64,000 bases of DNA, from assembly GCA_964016885.1 (NCBI GenBank), contig OZ024740.1:132928001-132992000 (forward strand), given 5' to 3'. Of the stretch, positions 13,001 to 26,565 are shown piece after piece; position 1 is the first letter of the stretch, and each line of letters opens with the position of its first letter. This stretch comes from Eledone cirrhosa. Taxonomy: Eukaryota. A program made the translations under genes and the position numbers. The notes under the pieces are model-generated. The model did no database searches, was not told where the DNA came from, and saw nothing but the letters and a program-made list of their open reading frames with translations.

Positions 13001-14266
13001 AGTAACCGGGGCCCTGTCTATGCGTTCTATCAAGGTTGACCATGCAGGTCACCAACTTGTGGTCTGAATAGCCAACCATGAGTATTTCTGGACAACTTAA
13101 AAAGTCCCTGTCCTTATTTCTAACTAAAAATCTATCTAGGTACGACCTAGATGATCCGCTGCGATTTGACCAAGACCAGGTTGGCACCGTCGGAAAATCT
13201 AGTCGAAATCTATCGGCCAGGTCAAATCGGCCGAGTAACCCCTTGAGGCTGTTGCACCCCTCTCTATCGGGACATGCCCCTGCATAGTCCCAACGTGCAT
13301 CCAGGATACCATTCCAATCCCCCACTAAAAGCAGGGAACGGGACGTCCCTAGAAAAGAGTCCAGACGCTGGAAAAAGTCGGGCCGCTCTGTCCCAAAAGG
13401 GGCATATGCGGCTACCAGCCTAAAGGCTCTACCTTCACCACTGCCAAGGTCCAGCACCACCAGTCGACCCCCTGGGTCCAAGTGAACTATCTGTGTTGCA
13501 AGGCCCATATGTTTTTGCAGCAGAACGACAACCCCACCCCCACCTCCGGGCTGACAGAGAGATGCGTGCATCTCAAAGTCGTCAAAGTTGGGGGCTAGCT
13601 GCCGCATGCTGCTGATCCGGGCCTCGCAGATAACCATCAGATTTATAGATTGTGACCTGAGGTCATTTAGAAGCATTGCTTGCTTCCAAGACGAGCCCAG
13701 GCCACGCGCATCTAGACACCCTACTCTTAGCACAGCCATGTTGGTGGTAAGGAGAAAAGGCACTTACCTCTCTGCGTCCCGGGAAACGGGCCGCTCAATT
13801 TCCATGCTGGTTGGGGATGGGTTGTTGGGTGGGGTGGTGGTTTGTGGAAGTGAAGGGGCATCGGTGTGTTGTGGGGTTGGGGTGTTTGTGGTTGAGTGGG
13901 TGTCTGGGTGTGGGGGGGGGATTTTTTTAGGAGGACGCGGTTGATTGGTTTGGCGCAGGGGGGTCCCACGTCCTCCGTGAAATTTATTTTCAGTGTTTTG
14001 TACAAGTGCATTGGGACTTTTATCATTTTTAAATGAGGTAGTCCCACAGCAGTTATAAAGTTAGGCCCTTCAGTTTGGACCGAAGAGTTTTGCTGAAATT
14101 GTTTTCCGTAATTCTTTGTTGTCTGTGTTCATGTATGTATATTGTAAGGTCTTTTTTTGTGTAGCAGTTAGTGTTGTGTGACAGGGAGGGGTGGTTTGTG
14201 TGTAGTTTGTGTTCTCTTGGGGGGGGGGTTAAAGTTAACATGTGTGTCTGTGGTGCGTCTCCTCTT
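10038..14266 (-). mobile_element. L1/Tx1-clade element (copy B): ORF1 remnant, full-span decayed ORF2 (13739-10305) and 3' UTR
   Basis: CLDARGL, AAYAP, VGDWN, YSDHK, GPGYWKLN, KSPGLDGLP, DQSKAFDRV, QGCPLS, YADG, C-terminal CPRC..EETVAHALVHC. Confidence 0.92.
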
Positions 14267-14917
14267 AACATTATTGTTAATTAGTATTAACAATAATGTT
14301 CTGAGATATCATTTTTTCTCATAACATATTATTTTGTTACAACACTTCTCTATTTTACATAGTATTCTTGATACCACGCCTTACATGCTATAATATATTA
14401 TATACGGATACATGCATTTCAACTACCCTACAATTTCCAGTATTTGTTTGTTGTATACTAATTCACTTATTCATTTGTTACTTGATCTCATTTCCATACC
14501 ATCTCTTATTCACCCCAAACATCCGTACTGTTGTCCTTAAGATAGCGGAATAGGCGGATGTAAGTGGTCAAAGGTTAGAACAGAGAAAAAAGAAGCAGAA
14601 TAGCAAAGGAGAAGGAAGTCTAGTGCCAATGAGGTGGTGGGGAATAAAGATAACAGTACGGATGTTTGGGGTGAATAAGAGATGGTATGGAAATGAGATC
14701 AAGTAACAAATGAATAAGTGAATTAGTATACAACAAACAAATACTGGAAATTGTAGGGTAGTTGAAATGCATGTATCCGTATATAATATATTATAGCATG
14801 TAAGGCGTGGTATCAAGAATACTATGTAAATTAGAGAAGTGTTGTAACAAATTAATATATTATGAGAAAAAATGCTATCTCAGAACATTATTGTTAATAC
14901 TAATTAACAATAATGTT
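14267..14917. repeat. Long inverted repeat: arms 14267-14532 and 14652-14917, spacer about 119 bp
   Basis: Arms are near-identical reverse complements; the ORF track shows the same peptide on both strands. Confidence 0.9.
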
Positions 14918-15142
14918 CTGAGATATTGAAATATTGTGAGTGGCCGACACGCCAAAAGTATACATTCGTGGCCTCAGTATTCGTACTAAACATTAGAACA
15001 GATCCCTATTTAGTCACGTGAACACGCACATCGCACGACAAACATTCACCTACACCAGCAACACCTTAATTACCAAAAATATTATCATTTTTATTATCAT
15101 TGTTGTTACTATTATTATTATTATAATAATTATTATTATTAT

Positions 15143-15485
15143 TTTGTCCCTACATGTCGGCCAATGTGGCCCATAAATGAAATCATTATGGCCTTGTGCC
15201 AAAGGTAGAAACAATTACTATTGGTATTATTATCATTTCCGTTGAGTTCAAATCCGCCAAGTTAAATTTGCCTTTCATCCTTACGGGGTCGAAAACATAA
15301 AGTACCAGTCACCCACTGGGGTCATTTTAATCGACTTTCCCCTCCCCCAAAATTGCTGGCCTTGTGCCTATATAAGAAACCATTGAGATTAACTTTGCCT
15401 TTCATCTTACGGGGGCGATAAAATAAAGTACCAGTAATGTACTAGATAATTGCTGGCCTTGTGCCTAAAGTAGAAACAATTATCA
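15143..15485 (+). mobile_element. Stack of a Tx1 3' tip (15143-15188) and SINE 3' fragments in an (ATT)n tract
   Basis: tgtccctacatgtcggccaatgtggcccataaatgaaatcatta matches the Tx1 tail at 9354-9410; three ggccttgtgcc..gaaac SINE tails follow. Confidence 0.8.
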
Positions 15486-15997
15486 TTTCCGTTAATATTA
15501 AATATTATCAGCATTCCTAAAGTTATTAACCACGCAAACATTTATGTGATCATCTAATTTTGGAGGGATATGTGTATATACTTGCGTGTGTGTATCTGGG
15601 GGTGCATTGATACATATGTATGTATGTTTGTGTATGGACACGCTTGTGTGTGTGTGTGTGCATATATGAATGTATATATATATATATTTATATATGAATG
15701 TATATATATATATATATATATTTATATATGAATGTATATATATATATATTCATTATATGTTGGTTGTTTACCGACACATCAGTATGCAGAAGTACGCAGG
15801 AGGTTGGTTTGTTTACTCGGGAGTAATGTAAAATAAGTAAGTTTAACATGTAAAATTTGAGTTCGTTTGTTATAAATAAATTTGTTGTTGGTGATGAACG
15901 AAGCCAAACTTTACATGCTTGACTTACTTATTTTATATATAAATATATATGACTGTATATATATATATATGAATGTTTATATATATATATATATATA

Positions 15998-16130
15998 AAT
16001 GGAAAAAATGAAACGAAATTTCATTTCATTTCTAACTCTTAGTACGGCTGTTAATTAAATATAAGTATGTATACGTACATACATATATGTATACAGACGT
16101 ACAGTAGTATGTATATATATACATACATGT

Positions 16131-16162
<32 letters not shown>

Positions 16163-16510
16163 CGAAGGAAATGTGGTAAGGAACCAGGTGGACCATAACG
16201 CACCAAAGTACTCAATACTTGAGGTAGTAGAGTGGGTAATAGGAACCAGTAAGACCCCGACAGCTGAGCTCAAGCCGTTTCGACGGCTAATTCTAAGAAT
16301 TAGCCGTCGAAACGGCTTGAGCTCAGCTGTCGGGGTCTTACTGGTTCCTATATATATATATATATATATATGTACGTATGGATTTACCGAGCATTTATTA
16401 TAATGCTCTGTAAATCCATACGTACGTATATCTATGTGTGCATGTATGTATATATACACATACTACTGTACGTCTGTATACATAGATGTATGTACGTATA
16501 CATACTTATA
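15998..16510. mobile_element. Fragments of the HHR-bearing retrozyme-like family (15998-16140 minus, about 16370-16510) flanking a pLTR-like piece
   Basis: Match to the 19950-20900 copies (gaaacgaaatttcatttc, ctcttagtacggctgt, accgagcatttattataatg). Confidence 0.7.
16239..16351. repeat. Perfect palindrome (56-bp arms, 1-nt loop at 16295); each arm is the 3' half of a hammerhead
   Basis: ataggaaccagtaagaccccg...aattct a agaatt...cggggtcttactggttcctat; arm reads stem II'-GAAAC-stem III-GTC. Confidence 0.9.
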
Positions 16511-16881
16511 TATATATATATTTATATATATATGAATGTATATATGTATATATATATAAACATCACGGACTCTCTATCTCAAAATTATTTTTGAAAAGCA
16601 TTACAAATGCGCAACTGGTATAACTTAAAACCAAAAATGAATACTAACCAATATTATTACTAATTTTCACTTATTCCTAATTAAACTATTTTTCACTGTG
16701 AACAATTTATCAGCATTTTCTTTTCCGTTTATATATATATATATGTATGTATATATATATATATATATATGTATGATTGTATATATATATAAAAGCGTGC
16801 TTTGTGTCTCCCTGTTTATATATATATATATATATATATACATATTATTCATATATATTATTCATATATATATATATATAT

Positions 16882-17157
16882 ATTATTCATTCTTTATCTA
16901 CCCTCCGGAATAGAGTAGGATCAGGAACTGAGTTTCTTCAGCTATTCTTCCATTACTCGTTGAGTAACTCCTCACCGTACGTCAACTCTATCCAGTGTAG
17001 TAATTAACCATTACTACATCCAGGATAATCCTATACCTAACATATATATATAACAAGCAATGGAAATTTCAATGATTCGAAAATATTTCCCGGAAGTTCA
17101 GAAAAACTTCGGGTTTATATGCAGTTTCAGGGTAAAAATATAATTTGAATATCCAAA

Positions 17158-17254
<97 letters not shown>

Positions 17255-17775
17255 TATTTATACATATATATATATATTAGAATAGAATTGGTGCTCTGAA
17301 ATAGCGATAAATATATGAATGTATATATAGTGTATTTTGCAATACACTGTATGCTTAATTAAAAGCATTTCGAAGAACTTACACTATTGTTTTAGAGTAG
17401 TGACAGTCTCACTTGCGTTAAATTTTCAGCAAACATATATACATTCATATATACATTCATATATATATCGCTATTTCAGAGCACCAATTCTAATGTTCAA
17501 TTGCTGCTTGACCGGCAACCGCTCTGTATAATCAATTCCTGATTATTACTAGAAATCTGTAAGAATCAAACATTCATGATTTTCAGCGAACAGGTGGGAT
17601 ACTTAACTTTGATAAGTACCAAAAAGTACCAAACAGAGCTCTGTCAGCTTTATCTTCCCTTGTTTGCTGAAAATTTAAAGTAAGTGAGACTGTCACTACA
17701 CTAAAACAATAGCGTAAGGTTTCGAAATGCTTTTAATTAAGCATACAGTGTATTGCAAAATACACTATATATACA

Positions 17776-17836
<61 letters not shown>

Positions 17837-18895
17837 TTCGCACCTTCTTTTCTCTCTTCCTTATCTACCCTATCTTCCCCAATAACCTCACTTAAAGGTA
17901 CTTACATTTTACACGTTAACCATCCTGCTCTGATGATACAGTGGTCACAACATTTGATAATTGAGTTTTGAAACTAGTTATTAATTTGCATACAACATAA
18001 TTAGGCTGTATAACCACCGTGGAAACATTTGTAAGCACACAGAATAAATTAGCTTTTTATGATGTCTACCTGTTATTATTCATTCTTTACCTACCCTCCG
18101 GAATAGAGAAGGATCAGGAACTGAGTTTCTTCAACTATTCTTCCATAACTCGTTCACTAACCCCTCACCGTACGTCAACTCTATCCAGTGTAGTAATTAA
18201 CCATTACTACATCCAGGATAATCGTTTACCTAATATATATATATATATATACATATATATATAACAAGCAATGGAAATTTCAATGATTCGAAAATATTTC
18301 CCGGTGGAAGTTCAGGAAAACTTCGGGTTTATATGCAGTTTCAGGGTAAAAATATAATTTGAATATCCAAAGAATATATATATATATATATATACATATA
18401 TATATTAGAATAGAATTGGTGCTCTGAAATAGCGATATATATATATGAATGTATATATAGTGTATTTTGCAATAAACTGTATGCTTAATTAAATGTATTT
18501 CGAAGACATTACGCTATTGTTCTAGAGTAGTGACAGTCACACTTACGTTAAATTTTTAGCAAATATATATACATTCATATATACATTCATATATATATCG
18601 CTATTTCAGAGCACCAATTCTAATTTTCAATTTCTGCTTGACCGGCAACCGCTCTGATTATTACTAGAATTCTATAAGCATCAAACATTCAGGATTTTCA
18701 GCAAACAGGTGGAGTACTTAGCTTTGATATATACCAAGAAGTACGAAACAGAGCTCTGTCAGCTTTATCTCCCCTTGTTTGCTGAAAATTTAAATTAAGT
18801 GAGAGTGTCTCTACTCTAAAACAATAGCGTAAGGTCTTTGAAATGCTTTTAATTAAGCATACAGTGTATTGAAAGATACACTATATATACAGTCA
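16882..18895 (+). repeat. Diverged tandem duplication (period about 1.19 kb) of a composite of TA-separated small elements
   Basis: 16882-17780 aligns with 18075-18895; the third block (17277-17780) has internal inverted arms and recurs at 50230-50670. Confidence 0.85.
17926..18037 (+). ncRNA. Type-I hammerhead ribozyme with a long stem II insertion
   Basis: tgct-CTGATGA-tacagtggt...accaccgtg-GAAA-cattt-GTA-agca. Confidence 0.7.
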
Positions 18896-18906
18896 TATAT
18901 ATGTAG

Positions 18907-19580
<674 letters not shown>

Positions 19581-19605
19581 TGGCAACATGACCCTCCCAA
19601 AGTAT

Positions 19606-19667
<62 letters not shown>

Positions 19668-19878
19668 TTACACAACAGTTATTTCACCATCCCGAGAACA
19701 ATTGTTTCACCTTAGCGGATCCTTTGCTCGTAATGGACATGGTTATACGGAACAGGATGGACCTTGTTCCGTATATCCAACTGTTGTGTAACCACTTCTA
19801 CCTAACTCGTCCCATGGACTGACTTGTCTACCACCTCGTATATTACCTTCCAGTGTTCTACCTCTCTCTCTCTCTCTG

Positions 19879-19952
<74 letters not shown>

Positions 19953-20212
19953 GAAAAAATGAAACGAAATTTCATTTCCCACTCTTAGTACGGCTGTTAC
20001 TTAAATATAAGTATGTACACGTACATATATATATGTATACAGACGTACAGTAGTATGTATATATATATACATACATGCACACATATATGTATGCACGTAT
20101 GGATTCACCGAACATTTATTATAATGCTCGGTGTGTTTGTAAACAAACATCCCGTATTAAGCCATAGTGTCTAGCAACCATCGTTGCTCGTTTCTTCAAC
20201 ACTGACAAAGGA

Positions 20213-20255
20213 ACGCTGTACTAGTTTCAAGCTTATTAGCTATCGTCAGCAACGT
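20213..20255 (-). ncRNA. Minimal type-I hammerhead ribozyme (subfamily A)
   Basis: acgttg-CTGACGA-tagct-aata-agctt-GAAA-cta-GTA-cagcgt. Confidence 0.88.
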
Positions 20256-20663
20256 ATACCTTCCTGCCAGATTGTTGAACGTATATACTTGCCTCATGCA
20301 TATTAACGGCTGAGTAGCCCAATTTGCACATCGAGTGGGTTAATCGGCCGGGTGCACCGAAAACACACCGAGCATTATAATAAATGTTCGGTGAATCCAT
20401 ACGTGCATACATATATGTGTGCATGTATGTATATATATATACATACTACTGTACGTCTGTATACATATCTGTATGTACGTGTACATACTTATATTTAAGT
20501 AACAGCCGTACTAAGAGTGGGAAATGAAATTTCGTTTCATTTTTTCCTTTTATTGTTTTCGGTGCACCCGGCCGATTAACCCACTCGATGTGCAAATTGG
20601 GCTACTCAGCCGTTAATATGCATGAGGCAAGTATATACGTTCAACAATCTGGCAGGAAGGTAT

Positions 20664-20706
20664 ACGTTGCTGACGATAGCTAATAAGCTTGAAACTAGTA
20701 CAGCGT
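20664..20706 (+). ncRNA. Minimal type-I hammerhead ribozyme (subfamily A)
   Basis: Same motif as 20213-20255. Confidence 0.88.
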
Positions 20707-21262
20707 TCCTTTGTCAGTGTTGAACAAACGATCAACGATGGTTGCTAGACACTACGGCTTAATACGGGATGTTTGTTTACAAACACACCGAGCATTATAA
20801 TAAATGTTCGGTGAATCCATACGTGCATACATATATGTGTGCATGTATGTATATATATATATATACATACTACTGTACGTCTGTATACATATATGTATGT
20901 ACGGCTAAACTGATGCGTGCATATATGTATGTGTACCTGTATGCATATGTGTATGTGTATGTATATGTATGTATATATATATATATATATATAAATATAT
21001 GTGTATATATATATATATATATATGCATGCTACTGTACGTCTGTATACATATATGTATGTACGTATACATACATACTTACATTTAAGTAAGTGCCATACT
21101 AAGAGTGAGAAATGAAATTTCGTTTTCATTTTTTTCAACTTATCGTTCTCGGTATGCCTGACCGATTTAACTCACTCAATATGCAAATTAGGCTGCTCAG
21201 CCGTTAATTTTCATAAGGAAAGTATATACTTTCGAACGTTCAACTATCTGACAGATGGGTAA

Positions 21263-21305
21263 ACGGTGCTGATGATAGCTAACAAGCTTGAAACTAGTAC
21301 ATCGT
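21263..21305 (+). ncRNA. Minimal type-I hammerhead ribozyme (subfamily B)
   Basis: acggtg-CTGATGA-tagct-aaca-agctt-GAAA-cta-GTA-catcgt. Confidence 0.88.
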
Positions 21306-21488
21306 TCCTGTGTTAGTGTTGAACAAAAAGGTGACGTGGTTGCCTTAACACTGTATGGCATAAATTCAGGCTGTTCGATTTGTTGACAAACAAACGAACA
21401 AAGCACGCGTTATAATAAACGTCGGCTAAACTGATGCGTGCATATATGTATGTGTACCTGTATGCATATGTGTATGTGTATGTATATG

Positions 21489-21553
<65 letters not shown>

Positions 21554-21609
21554 GCATGCTACTGTACGTCTGTATACATATATGTATGTACGTATACATA
21601 CATACTTAC

Positions 21610-21670
<61 letters not shown>

Positions 21671-21793
21671 TTTCGCTCTACATGACTGATCAGCCAGTCT
21701 TCTAATATACAAATCAGGCCGATCAGTCACTCTATATTTGAGAAAATAGCATATATTTTCACTTGCTCTGACAGTTGACAGGTGAAGAGTGAG

Positions 21794-21837
21794 CTGTACT
21801 GATGAAGGGTGATACCGAGAAACATTAGTGTCTGCAG
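21794..21837 (+). ncRNA. Hammerhead ribozyme motif with weak stem II
   Basis: ctgta-CTGATGA-agggtgataccga-GAAA-cattagt-GTC-tgcag. Confidence 0.65.
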
Positions 21838-22022
21838 TTCTGTTTACATGCCAACACATGTGCAATAATGAAGAGTTCATTTTACTGACATGGCTATATA
21901 AAAATTTAGCTTGTATGCATAATTGCAAGCAAATCGAATGTTATTATTAATATTCGAAAAACTCAGATATATACATATATATCGAGGAAGTTATAGTTCA
22001 CTCGAAGCATTGTGTAATGAGG

Positions 22023-22234
22023 TATAAACGTTTGTATTTGTAAAGCCAAACAATGCAGGTATGGACATAGAATACAAAATGCAAATGCAAAAGATATTGT
22101 TGACAATTAGTCTTTTACCTTAGATTTATTTAAATAAATCTAAGGTAAAAGACGAATTGTCAACAATATCTTTTGCATTTGCATGTTTTATTCTATGTCC
22201 ATACCTGCATTGTTTTGGCTTTAGAAATACTAAC

Positions 22235-22241
<7 letters not shown>
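22023..22241. repeat. Imperfect palindrome of about 219 bp centred at 22131/22132
   Basis: Centre ...ccttagatttattt|aaataaatctaagg...; arms pair to both ends; right end runs into (TA)n. Confidence 0.88.
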
Positions 22242-22322
<81 letters not shown>

Positions 22323-22513
22323 AGGAGGTTAGTTTTATTGTAGTACAATAAAGCAATGTTGATTTAAAACTGCACTATCCACAAGTGTTTTTTAACCTTC
22401 CTATCATGTCCTCCTATTTTATCTGATGAAAACACAAATGTTATTGCATGATCATATTTGTTTTTGAAATGCGCATAATAAAATACGTGGAACTCATTTA
22501 ACAATCTGTTTAT

Positions 22514-22545
<32 letters not shown>

Positions 22546-22549
<4 letters not shown>

Positions 22550-25500
22550 GGAAAAATTTGAACAGGAGCAAAACAGAGAGGCAGTACAACGAATGTTTAT
22601 TAATTTCACGCTCTGGAGAGTGGGGTGATGGTGGGGAACGACGTTTCGGGCATAATCCCTTCCTCAGGTGAGAAGTGTGTGGGAACAGAGTTCAAAGGGT
22701 GTGTAGGGGAGTGGTGGAGAGACATATAGCGAAAGGAAACGGTGCGAATGAAAAAATGAAAAAATAAAGATAAAAATAAAAATAAAGCATGATCAAAATA
22801 CAAGGAATGAAATGAATTTAAATATAAAAGCATGATCAAAATAAACTGAAATTAAAAGGGGGGTAAAACAGGTGGTGGAAGGGTGTGGGTGTGTAGGGGT
22901 GGTGGCGGGTGGAGTTGGGAGAGGGGAGGGGTTTCCGAGCGAGGAGGGCTGAAGGTGGTGTGTGTGTGTAGGTGTACGTGTGTGTGTGTGTATGTGAAAG
23001 TAAGGTTTGGGGGAAGAACGGGGTTGCATGTTCAGGAAGAGGTGTGTGTGTGGGGGGGGTTTAGGTCGGAGTCTCTGTGCGTGTGTGGATGGAGGGGTGG
23101 GGGGAGATAGGAATCAGGAGGCTGAGGGTGTAAATATGTGGTGGAAAGCACGTGTGTGTGGGTTTTAAGCGTGTTGTGGGTGTAGGTGGCGTGTGGAGAA
23201 AAAAATGTTTTGGGGTGTGTGTGTGGGTGAGTTATATAGGTGATCCCGTAAGAGGATGGTTCAAAAGTGGGTAAAATCCTATGATGTTTAGAGGATTCCG
23301 TGGTGGTCAAATTCCGCACACGAGTATTCCATGAAGAGATGGTCGGAAGAGGAGAGATGTGGGTTGCGCGCGCAACACGAAGTGGTCAAGCAGTGGGAGT
23401 GCTGTGTGTCTGTTTGTGCTGGGAGGTGGTCAGAGGTCATAGCAGCAGTCGGTGGAATGGTAAAGGAGCGAGGATGGGTAGGTGTGAAATTTGGAGTGAG
23501 GAAGGTGTGTGTGTGTATTAGTAGAGGTGTTAGTGGGATGAGTGAGTGTGGAGCGAGGGTGTGGGTGGAGCGGGGAGAGAAGGGTGTGTGTAGTTCTATG
23601 GAGGGAGTGTGGTATACTGGTGTGTGTGTAGTTTGATGAAGGGGGTGTTAGTGGGTGTTAGTATACGGGAGGTGGGGAAGGGTTGAATGCAGGTGTGAGT
23701 GGGGGTTAGTGGTGGTAGGGTGTGTAGAGTCGGTGGTGTACGAGGGTGTGTGGGTACGTGTGCGTGTGATAAGGAGGGGGAGGAGGAGAAGAAGGGAGGG
23801 ATGTTAGTATGTTAGTTGGGGAAGGGTGGTCGGATGAGGGGTGGAGTGGAGGTGTTAGTATTGTTAGTTGTGGGGTGGGCGGTGAAAAGGCGGGGTGTGT
23901 TAGTGGTGTTAGTGGGGGATAAGTTTGGGGGGAGGGGGGCGGTCGAAGGCTAAAGGAATAAAGGTGGGGAGTTCAGGCCGGGGGGAGTGTGGGGCTGTAA
24001 GATGAAGATAGTTCTTTGTTCGACTCTAAGGCGATTGGCGGGTGTTCCGTGGCATTGGAGTAGGCCACAGACTGTGAGATGGCGTGCGGAATGTCCAGGG
24101 CCACCAAAGTGGCGGGTGATGGGGGAACTACCACCGAGACGAATATCCCGGAGGTGCTCAGTGAATCGGTCCGCCAGGCGACGTCCCGTCTATCCGACAT
24201 AAGGTTGGAGGACGTGCAGCGGAAGGCATGCCGGACAGAGAGAGAGTGGCCGTTGGGACCCTGGGAGGTGGTGGTGTTGGTGATGTGGGGACAGGTGTTG
24301 CAGCGGGGCCTAGAACAGGGAAAGGAACCGGGGGAGAAACAGAGCGTGGGTTGGGGCGTAGGGAGCTGTGGACGAGGAGGGTGCGGAGATTGCGTGCGCG
24401 TTTGAAGGAGGGGAGTGGTGGGGTTGGAAAGATGTGGGAGGTGGAGAGATCGGACTGGAGGCGTCGGAAGAGGTGGTGTATGGAGCGGTGGAGGGGTAAG
24501 GTGGAGGGGCGGTAGGTGATGGGGAAGGGGAGACGGTGAGTGGGTGTGCGTTGGCGTGGGGTGAGGGTGGTGGGGCTGTGGACAGCACGGGCGCGGTTGA
24601 GAGCTTTGTGGACGAGAGGGGGTGGGGGAGGGGGGTAAGCTCTGCGGATGAAATGGCTGACTAGGGAAAGGGCCTGGGACTCGAAGTCAGCATCTCGGGT
24701 ACAGAGGCGGCGGATCCTGAGGAGTTGGGAGTAGGGAATGGAGTGTTTAGTGGGAGTCGGTGGGTTTGAAGAAGGCGGAGGTGACGAGGGAGTGGTGGGA
24801 GGGCTCGAAGGCGACGGAGATGTCTAAGAAGTGGACGTGGGTGGTGGAGATAGAGGTGGTGAAGTGGAGGGAGGGGTGGAAGGAGCAGAAGGAGAGAAAG
24901 GAGTCGAGCTGTTCTCGGGTGAGGGTCGTGGCTCCGATACCGTCGTCAATGTAATGACCGTACAGTTCGGGCGTGGAGCCGGTGTACTGGGCAAAGGTTT
25001 GGGCCTCAACATGGCCAACAAAAAGGTTGCCATAGTTCGGGCCCATTCTTGTACCCATGGCTAACCCCGTGACCTGTTGGTAAAACTCACCCGAGAAGGA
25101 GAAACAATTGAGGGTGAGGACCAGCTCGGCGAGGCGAAGGAGGGTGGGGGTGGAGGGAATGGGGGAAGGGCGAAGATCGAGGAGTGTTTGAGGGCGCGTA
25201 GGCCGTCGGCGTGGGGGATTACGGTATAGAGGGACTTGATGTCTAGGGTGAAGAGGAAGGGCTGTGGGCCGGGTGGGTAGGTGAAGGAGACGAAAAGGCG
25301 CAGGGCGTGGTTGGTGTCGGAGATGTGGGAGGGGAGGGTAGTGACAAGGGGGCGAGGATGGAGACGAGAAAGGCGGAGATGAGTTCGGTGGGGCAGTTGC
25401 AAGCGGAGACGATGGGGCGGCCGGGGTTGTCGGGTTTTTGGAGTTTGGGGAGGAAGTAGATGGTGGGGGTGCGGGGGGTGCGGACGATGAGGTGGGAAGC

Positions 25501-26565
25501 GGTGGGGGAGGAGGAGGGAGGAGGCGATAAGGTCTTTGATGGTGGAGGAGACTTGGTGTTGGTAGAGGGGGGGGGGGGGGGATCGGAGGGTAGAGGGCGG
25601 TAGAAGACGGGGTTACAGAGCTGCCTGAGGGCTTCGGCCGTGTAGAGGTCCGCGCGCCACACTACTACGGCGCCTCCCTTGTCCGCCGGTTTGATGACGA
25701 TGTCATCTCGGCGGCTACGGAGGGAGTGGAGAGCGAGGAGTTCGCCCCGTGAGATATTGTACCGTTTGGAACGGTGGCGGAAGTCGAAACGATTTACTGC
25801 GCTACGGCTGGCATCGACGAAGGCGTCCAGGGTGCTAAATTGCCCTGGGGCCGGCGTCCAAGAAGATGGTCGTCGGCCCAGGGCGAGAAACGGGTCTGGG
25901 GCGTCCGGAGCCGGTGGCGTTCGGCCGAAATGTGCCTGTAGCTTAGTGCGTCACACGAATCGCTTGACTTCCGTTCGGGTGCGGAACTCGTCGCTGTGCG
26001 GAGTGTGGGGTATGAAGCGAACGCCTCTACTAAGGAGTGAGCGCTCAGGTGCGGAGAGTGGGAGGTCAGGGGGTATGGTGACAACAAGTGGTGGGGTTAG
26101 GGTGTGTGTGGGGGGAAGGGAGGGTGTGGTGAGGGTGAGGTGGAGGGTGGGGATTGGGTAGGGGTGTGGGTCGAGGGAGAGGTGGAGAGCGGTGGGCGTA
26201 TGGGGATGGGCGGGTGGTGGTGGATGGGGGTGGTTGGGAGGAGTGTGTGTAGCTTGCGGGCTTTGGTGGAGCTGAGGAAGGAGAAGAGGTTGTGGTTGAG
26301 GTTTTGGATGAAGGAGAGGATGGCTTGGGCGAGGAGGGGGTGGCAGGTGTAGTTAAGGCGGAGGAGGGTGGGGGTCAGTTGGTGGTCAAGTTGGCGGTGG
26401 GTGGAACGGGAGGCGCGGATGGAGTTCCGCATCAGGAGGCGTGAGGATCGGGTGAGGATACGTTGCGTGGAGGGGGAAGCCGCGGGGGAAGGGTGGAAGT
26501 GTAGACGGAAGCCGAGGGGGATAAGGTGGAGGCGGAGGCAGTGGCTGAGGAAATGGATGTGGCTG

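Larger units (their letters stand above)
19950..21612. mobile_element. Cluster of non-coding HHR-bearing tandem elements (retrozyme-like): one inverted monomer, then tandem plus-strand copies of two subfamilies
   Basis: 420-bp period (acaccgagcattataataaatg at 20365 and 20785); HHRs at 20213, 20664 and 21263; (TA)n flanks; no ORF. Confidence 0.8.

Noticed and set aside
38-13287. Plus-strand ORFs over the Tx1 elements (e.g. 38-547, 689-997, 11986-12294)
   Set aside because: They are antisense shadows of GC-rich ORF2 sequence; their similarity to each other only reflects the homologous RT on the minus strand
17660-17780. Hammerhead in the inverted-arm element (GAAA-tgctt..aagc-ATA-cagtg; also at 18.8 and 50.6 kb)
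   Set aside because: The 3' half is plausible, but no CTGANGA core precedes it in any of the three copies
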